NCBI GenBank assembly: GCA_003056265.1
Contig: NBVN01000001.1
Location: 30,001-62,000, forward strand
Direction: 5' to 3'
Origin: Zestosphaera tikiterensis
GTDB lineage: Archaea > Thermoproteota > Thermoprotei_A > Sulfolobales > NBVN01
Length of the DNA stretch: 32,000 nucleotides
This document shows, piece by piece, positions 27,334 to 32,000 of the stretch. Both the position numbers and the translations under genes were made by a program. Each line of letters opens with the position of its first letter. Position 1 is the first letter of the stretch. The notes below the pieces were generated by a model, which was not told where the DNA came from, ran no database searches, and worked only from the letters and a program-made list of their open reading frames with translations.

Positions 27334-27570
27334 CATAAATACCCCCTATATAAGGTTTTCCTTTATGGACGTTGTTATCTTTTACTATATCTTTTATAGA
27401 GAGTGATAAATTAGGTATGAGTATGAAATTTATTATAAGACTTCAATATTATTCAATTATTTTTATGTCCAAATTTTCAAAACCTGCTGACATTAATGGG
27501 ATGTTTTAGGAATTCCTTCGCATATATATGAATCGTTATAACTATGGTATTGAAAGATAAAGGTGGTATG

Positions 27571-28477
27571 TCAAAAATTCTCTGTTAGTTTACACTTAAA
27601 AATTATGGTTATATTTTCATTTGGATTTAGTTTAATTACTCCTTTATTTAAAGCACCTTTAACCTCTATATTAGGTGGAACTAATGGTACTATCTTGTTG
27701 AGGGTTATTCTTTCCTTACCTATGTTTACTGCCTTTAATAGGAATTCGGAGTAATCAGTTTCACTAATACTATCACACATTTCATGAATACTTAAAGCTA
27801 ATCCTAGATTTCTCTGAAGTATTTTTAACCCCTGTGATTCTAAGCATAGTACTATTTTCAGTCGGTTGTCCAGGTAGACCTTTAAAGTATAGGTATAGAT
27901 GGTTTTGTGATAGAATATCATTCCATCCTATCTTATAGACTTTCATATCCATGTATTCAACTTTCCTTTTGGAAATACTATACCTGGTGAATGGGTGAGT
28001 GTTAAGAAATTCTTTAATAAAGGTCTCATCAGAGAATCTATAGAGCCACATATCTCTGTCTTTAAATATCTTCTGAGGCAGTATTACTGGAATAAATCCG
28101 TATTTAGAGTATAATCTATGAGCGCTACTATTACTAACGTCGGTCATAAGATATTGTATGTAGAATCCCCTATCCTCGCGATCCTAATACATACCTCAAC
28201 AAGTCTCTTACCTATACCTTGGCCACAGTAGCTGGGGTGGACCATTAAGTTCACTATTTCAGCATAGGGCTTATGCGCTAAATCTAGAGTAACTTTACCA
28301 ATAACTTCTCCTTCATCATTAATAGCTAATAGTACTTTAACATTTTTTAACTTTACATCAACACTCAATAAGTTTGGTTGAGAATTTCTCCCCTATTGCC
28401 TCATAGAGTTTAGCGACTCCTTTACTATATGTAGGCGTGAATTCTGTTACTTCAACCACGATATTATCCTTCGCCAA
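27571..28477 (-). pseudogene. GNAT-family N-acetyltransferase with C-terminal extension, disrupted by at least 3 frameshifts
   Basis: Four consecutive minus-strand frame segments: 28477-28380, 28368-28144, 28147-27782 and 27921-27571. The GNAT core reads ...VNLMVHPSYCGQGIGKRLVE... then ...SNSSAHRLYSKYGF. The region is markedly AT-rich. Confidence 0.6.
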
Positions 28478-28538
28478 TGCTTCACCTATATATAAGATTA
28501 TATCTTAGTCTTTTTAATAATACAATATTAAGGTTGAC

Positions 28539-28829
28539 ATGTATAATTACCATAGGGTTGCGATAATGAGTGGTGTAAGGGTTTTAAAAATAAGCATACC
28601 TGAACACATCGGTATAGATGAGTACGAGGCTAGGCTTCTCTTAGCTGTTGAGCTCTATCGTGAAGGCAGACTTACCCTTAAGCAGTCTGCTGAGCTTGCT
28701 GGACTCTGTGTTGAGGATTTTATGAGGGAACTCTCGAGGAGGAAGGTCAGCATAATCAACCTAGATGAAGAGGAGCTGAAGGAGGAGCTGAGGGTTGCCG
28801 AGGACCTTGCTAGAGAAACGAGAAACTAG
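28539..28829 (+). CDS. UPF0175-family antitoxin-like protein
   Basis: LLLAVELYREGRLTLKQSAELAGL...F...L....V matches the UPF0175 pattern. The likely true start is ATG 28566. Confidence 0.7.
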   Translation: MYNYHRVAIMSGVRVLKISIPEHIGIDEYEARLLLAVELYREGRLTLKQSAELAGLCVEDFMRELSRRKVSIINLDEEELKEELRVAEDLARETRN

Positions 28830-29295
28830 TATTGCTATCTCAGACACGTCTCCCCTCATAGCCCTCAAACATGCGGGATTGCTAGAGAAGCTCAGCCTTC
28901 TATTTTAGAGAATAATAATTTCGCCAAGTGTTATGAGGGAACTAAGCATTAAAGAGAAAGAGTATTACCAGAGCTTAAACTTTCTATCTGTCGAGGAGCC
29001 TCGTGATAAGAGAATAGTCGCCATGTTAAAGACTATTGTTGATGAGGGCGAGGCCGAAGCAATAGCCTTAGCCCTGGAGAGGAGCAACCTATTAATAATA
29101 GATGATCTTAAAGGTAGGAAGCTGGCAAGAAGACTTGGCTTAAAAATCATAGGTACACTAGGTCTTTTGAAGACTATGAAGTTGAAAGGCTTGATTAAAG
29201 AGATTAAGCCAGTAATAGAGGAGCTTAGGAAGAAGGGATTCTATCTCAGTAATGACCTCATAGACAAGCTTCTAAGAGATGTGGAAGAGAAATAG
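28807..29295 (+). pseudogene. DUF3368 (PIN-like) toxin-type protein interrupted by an in-frame TAG at 28906-28908
   Basis: The reading frame from TTG 28807 gives ...IAISDTSPLIALKHAGLLEKLSLLF*RIIISPSVMREL... in a single frame. Downstream, GEAEAIALALE...LLIIDDLKGRKLARRLGLKIIGTLGLL is typical of DUF3368. Confidence 0.65.
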
Positions 29296-29427
29296 TAACA
29301 GAAGTAGAGACATGGAAGCAACCACTTCATTTATATGTTTTTAAGCCCCTATCTCCGATAAGCTTTCATACCTGAAGACGTATCATAATTAATGTAAACC
29401 ATAATAGTAAAAACATTCTTTTTCTCA

Positions 29428-29895
29428 CTATTCTTCTTTAAGGAGTTCTCTTACAGCCCTTGTTACACTCCATACTTTTATAATGTCGGTTTTAGCTATT
29501 CTATTGAAATCTTTATCGTTTGTTATGAGTATAGCGTTTGCTTTCAAGCATGTTGCAGCATGGTATAGATCAGCATACTCCCCTTCTGGAATAAAGGGTT
29601 TGCACTGCTCTATATGGTTGCGATCTGGCTCAATTAAAACTGCTTTACTTATAATTAATGCGTAAAGAATTCCTGCCTACTCCCTTATGTATGGTGGCCT
29701 GCTTGATAGCTTGTTTAGCCAAGACCTATACTCTTCAAGGAGAACGCTATTAACGACTAACTCTATATCGGGATCACTAAGAAGCTTAAGGATAAGCTGT
29801 GTGGTCTTCGTGTAACCTGATTTAAAAGCTGCTATAAAGACGTTAGTATCTAGTAGAAATCTTTTCTTTAGCAATCTTATTAGCCTCTTCCTCAA
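29428..29895 (-). pseudogene. vapC: PIN-domain VapC toxin interrupted by an in-frame TAG at 29677-29679
   Basis: Codon-by-codon hand translation reads ...LLDTNVFI...LLEEY...PPYIRE*AGILYAL...ADLYHAA...LITNDKDF...KEE*. All four acidic PIN positions lie in one frame of 156 codons, stop included. Confidence 0.7.
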
Positions 29896-30127
29896 CTTCT
29901 CTGGTAAGCCCCTCTAGGTCTAGTTCGGCTTTAGCAACTTCTCTAGCAATATCTCTTAGTATCTTTTCAACATCGATCTTCTTGAGAACTAGAATGTCGT
30001 CCTTAACGTTTAAAACAAGCAATCTATCTCCATCCTTTAAATTAAGCTTTTTCCTCACACGACTAGGAATAACGATCCTACCTTTCCTATCAATAACCAC
30101 CATTTCCACAAATCCCACCTCTCCCAC
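29843..30127 (-). CDS. vapB: AbrB/SpoVT-type VapB antitoxin
   Basis: MVVIDRKGRIVIPSRVRKKLNLKDGDRLLV is a swapped-hairpin AbrB motif. The gene overlaps the vapC start. The likely start is ATG 30103. Confidence 0.75.
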   Translation of the reverse strand: MGEVGFVEMVVIDRKGRIVIPSRVRKKLNLKDGDRLLVLNVKDDILVLKKIDVEKILRDIAREVAKAELDLEGLTREVEEEANKIAKEKISTRY

Positions 30128-30274
30128 TATACTATAATGAAATATTGGCTATAAAACTTTACATATCTTGTTTTATTGCTTGTAGAATAAGTTTTACCGT
30201 CGCAGAGTTACTAATCATTTCTCCGATCGTGCGGCAGACTCTACTTGACTTTATGTGACAGAGCGATATTAGTT

Positions 30275-30324
30275 CTAGCCTCCGAAGCTAGTGGTCTGGG
30301 GTTCAAATCCTGGCGGGCCCGCCA
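30275..30324 (+). repeat. displaced tRNA-Arg(CCG)-like 3' half (att-type remnant)
   Basis: ctagc-ctccgaa-gctag, then gtggtctggggttcaaatcctggcgggcccgcca. The last 26 nt match the intact tRNA at 25 of 26 positions. The anticodon stem differs but is perfectly paired. No matching 5' acceptor or D arm lies upstream. Confidence 0.7.
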
Positions 30325-30920
30325 CTCATATATCGCCTATATAGGGTTTTCTAGGGATCTAGGCTAGCTCAATGGCGCTATAGGGCTCAAGTCAAGTTAT
30401 GCATCGGTAGACCGGACTCACTTTACTTTAAGACGGGCTTAAGCTCATACTAGTCCCACTTCCTATCTTAAAGTAAGGCTTTTTGCGATGTTTAGTGTCA
30501 AGCTAGTGCTGATGAGTATTGTGATGGCTTCTGCCATGAATTATTGGAGAGTATTTATTTTGGCTGTAATTCCCGTATAAATTTAGAGAGGGCTGCGACA
30601 TATTTGATGTTTGTGAGAAAGGTTTATAAACGTTGGTGTTTAAATATGTTAGGAATCCGCTTAGGCGATGGGAGCAATGCTCCAAGCCTAGGTGGGGGTG
30701 ATCAAAACATAGATGGGAGGGTCGTGCCGTTGCCCTCGACAGCCGCCCATGAACCTACGGGATGAGGTAAGCGAGCCCTCTAGGTGGAGGCGGAACTCCC
30801 TAGATAAGACCATGAAAACACATAAAATGATTGAAATGAACATCTAGGGAGAAACGGCACTAATTAATTCAGGAGGGTATTTTAAGCGATTAGGTCTGTA
30901 TTACTATCGGGGGTTAGCGT

Positions 30921-31157
30921 ATGAATGAGAGAGTACGTGAGTTCAGTGTTGTTATACTGGAAGATGAGAGCGGTGGCTATATCGCGGTTGTACCGGAGCT
31001 TCCGGGGTGTCATACACAGGGAGACAGCTTGGATGAAGTGATTAAAAATGTTAGGGAAGCTATAGAGCTTTATCTTGAGAGTCTCTCTGAGGAGGAGAAG
31101 AAGGAGTTATTGAGCCGTAGAGTTGTCGGTCTTCAGAGAGTGAAGGCGGTTGCCTAG
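30921..31157 (+). CDS. hicB: HicB-family antitoxin (UPF0150)
   Basis: VVILEDESGGYIAVVPELPGCHTQGDSLDEVIKNVREAIELYLESL is the typical HicB N-domain. Confidence 0.8.
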   Translation: MNERVREFSVVILEDESGGYIAVVPELPGCHTQGDSLDEVIKNVREAIELYLESLSEEEKKELLSRRVVGLQRVKAVA

Positions 31158-31386
31158 AATAACACCCATAGATCCCTACGAATTCATTAAGTTGCTTAGT
31201 AAGCTAGGATTCAAGCCCATACGGCAACGAGGCTCACACGTGATACTGCTGAACGAACAAGGTGTTAGAATAGTAGTACCTGTACATCCAGGGAAGAAGA
31301 TTAAACCTGGACTCATAAGAATCATATTAACTGAAGCCGGGCTTACTAGGGAAAAATACTTCAAGCTCCTAGAAGAGGACTGCTAA
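31150..31386 (+). CDS. hicA: HicA-family mRNA interferase toxin
   Basis: FIKLLSKLGF...RQRGSHVIL......VVPVHPGKKIKPGLIRIILTEAGL matches the HicA pattern. The TTG start overlaps the end of hicB. Confidence 0.8.
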   Translation: MPRITPIDPYEFIKLLSKLGFKPIRQRGSHVILLNEQGVRIVVPVHPGKKIKPGLIRIILTEAGLTREKYFKLLEEDC

Positions 31387-31429
31387 ACTTCCTGTCTTCG
31401 TATTTAAAGTTCTTCATGTCTAAATGGTA

Positions 31430-31744
31430 TTATATTATTATTGTAAAACGCAAATAAGGCTTCCCAAAACAGGTAGGCCCTAGACGGTATTCCTTGCCTA
31501 TTATCACGCGTATGAGGATATTAGCGTCGACGAAGACCCTCCTCAAGATATAACTCCTCCGCCGAATCGAGCAACCCCACTCTGCCCTGGGGAGACCCTC
31601 TATGAACTTCCTTACCTTGCGATAATCATCCTCGCCGAATACTCTGCACTTGATAACAATATCTACTTCCTCACCCTCCCCAGCTCCAAAGGCTCTAATG
31701 GCTTGAGAACTCCTTTCGTATCTTACCCTTATGACCCTAGACAA
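31430..31744 (-). pseudogene. vapBC remnant: DUF104-like antitoxin fused in frame to a truncated PIN N-terminus
   Basis: The N-terminal half, VIRVRYE....GEGEEVDIVIK, is DUF104-like. It is followed by RRVFVDANILI, a PIN N-terminal strand with the first Asp. The ORF stops after about 35 PIN residues, next to hicA. Confidence 0.35.
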
Positions 31745-31894
31745 TTCTTACCCTCATCCATACACTATATGCATTGAGGACAATTAGTCTTTTTCAGTTT
31801 CCAGATTATCTTGATTGATGTTCTTGACGATAATCACCCATGCAGAGTGTTTCCATTTGATGGTTTCCTCTGGAGACATTGTTTATAAGTCCCG

Positions 31895-31943
31895 AGTCTT
31901 CGGAGCTGGTGATCCCGGATCCCGAATCTCGGCAGGCTCGCCA
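31895..31943 (+). repeat. diverged tRNA-Arg-like 3' half remnant (anticodon-loop CTTCGGA)
   Basis: gagtcttcggagctggtgatcccggatcccgaatctcggcaggctcgcca aligns with the tRNA 3' half. gatcccgg and the terminal gcca are identical, and overall identity is roughly three quarters. The structure is degraded. Confidence 0.45.
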
Positions 31944-32000
31944 TATCTCCACAATCCCCAAGTGATAGTATTTACTCATTTAGATTATATGGTATAAAAT

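Larger units (their letters stand above)
27334..30324. mobile_element. degenerate integrated islet bounded by tRNA-Arg and a displaced tRNA-Arg 3'-half copy
   Basis: The islet is flanked by the tRNA 3' end (27333) and a 50-nt tRNA 3'-half copy (30275-30324). About 25 nt of similar trailing sequence follows both. The content is an AT-rich multi-frameshifted GNAT gene plus two TA modules. No integrase is present. Confidence 0.5.
30325..31943. mobile_element. second degenerate islet between two tRNA 3'-half remnants
   Basis: Bounded by the remnant at 30275-30324 and a more diverged one at 31895-31943. It contains hicBA, a vapBC remnant and about 600 nt of non-coding sequence. Confidence 0.35.

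Noticed and set aside
27563-27754. 63-aa plus-strand ORF in the AT-rich block.
   Set aside because: It is antisense to the C-terminal segment of the GNAT pseudogene. Its hydrophobic, low-complexity translation is typical of AT-rich antisense frames.
28906-29679. The in-frame TAG codons as pyrrolysine or other programmed recoding sites.
   Set aside because: There are no pyl genes or suppressor tRNA in the window, and the neighbouring genes are clearly decaying. Plain nonsense mutation is the default reading, so recoding is kept only as a testable alternative in the findings.
30275-30324. The tRNA 3' half as one piece of a trans-spliced split tRNA, as known in some Crenarchaeota and Nanoarchaeota.
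   Set aside because: No GC-rich leader capable of forming a bulge-helix-bulge with a partner is visible upstream. The T stem has mismatches, and an intact tRNA-Arg(CCG) already exists 3 kb away. An att-type remnant is more parsimonious.
30503-30765. Mutually overlapping 60-aa (minus) and 73-aa (plus) ORFs in the second islet.
   Set aside because: They have no recognisable motifs and odd composition, they overlap each other, and they have no promoter or SD context. The region looks non-coding.
31815-31997. 60-aa plus-strand ORF at the window end.
   Set aside because: It runs straight through the tRNA-like remnant (31895-31943) and has no motifs, so it is most likely spurious.
1-32000. Looked for CRISPR arrays, rRNA genes, IS elements, transposases, integrases and defence islands.
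   Set aside because: I saw no regularly spaced direct repeats, no rRNA-like conserved blocks, and no ORFs with DDE, tyrosine- or serine-recombinase, Cas or nuclease-helicase motifs. The accessory content is limited to small TA modules and pseudogenes.

Overview
This window looks like a chromosomal segment from a hyperthermophilic archaeon, probably a crenarchaeon. The evidence is TATA-box promoters about 25 nt upstream of starts, leaderless or tightly overlapping genes, a very GC-rich tRNA in a roughly 43-47% GC background, and archaeal-type gene families. I cannot name the species. The core content is [NiFe]-hydrogenase biology. pyrK-pyrD and hypF (3.5-5.9 kb) come first. They are followed by a complete 13-gene membrane-bound, Mrp-antiporter-linked group 4 [NiFe] hydrogenase operon of the Mbh type (6.1-14.3 kb). 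A second maturation cluster lies at 19.2-24.8 kb: hycI-type protease, Mrp/MinD-type HypB, hypA, an embedded MATE transporter, hypD, and divergent hypE-hypC. Between the two hydrogenase blocks sits a compositionally different, higher-GC segment (14.3-18.3 kb). It holds a DUF2283/DUF4258 toxin-antitoxin (TA) pair, a type III P-type H+-ATPase and decayed gene fragments, and is followed by a split DUF4213/DUF364 (putative metal-chelation) gene. After a bacterial-type aspS, the last 5 kb is an accessory region anchored on tRNA-Arg(CCG). One intact tRNA is followed by two displaced, tRNA-Arg-like 3'-half copies. These delimit two degenerate islets filled with TA modules (UPF0175/DUF3368, VapBC, HicBA, a vapBC remnant) and pseudogenes. 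Two PIN-type toxins are each interrupted by a single in-frame TAG while their antitoxins are intact. A GC-dense, roughly 150-nt structured non-coding element with a K-loop-like motif lies between pyrD and the next gene. I found no CRISPR array, rRNA, integrase or transposase, and no large multi-gene system of wholly unknown proteins. The most novel-looking items are the unclassified structured RNA, the DUF364 gene in the hyp neighbourhood and the tRNA-Arg integration scar with amber-interrupted toxins. All family assignments come from remembered motifs, not database searches.
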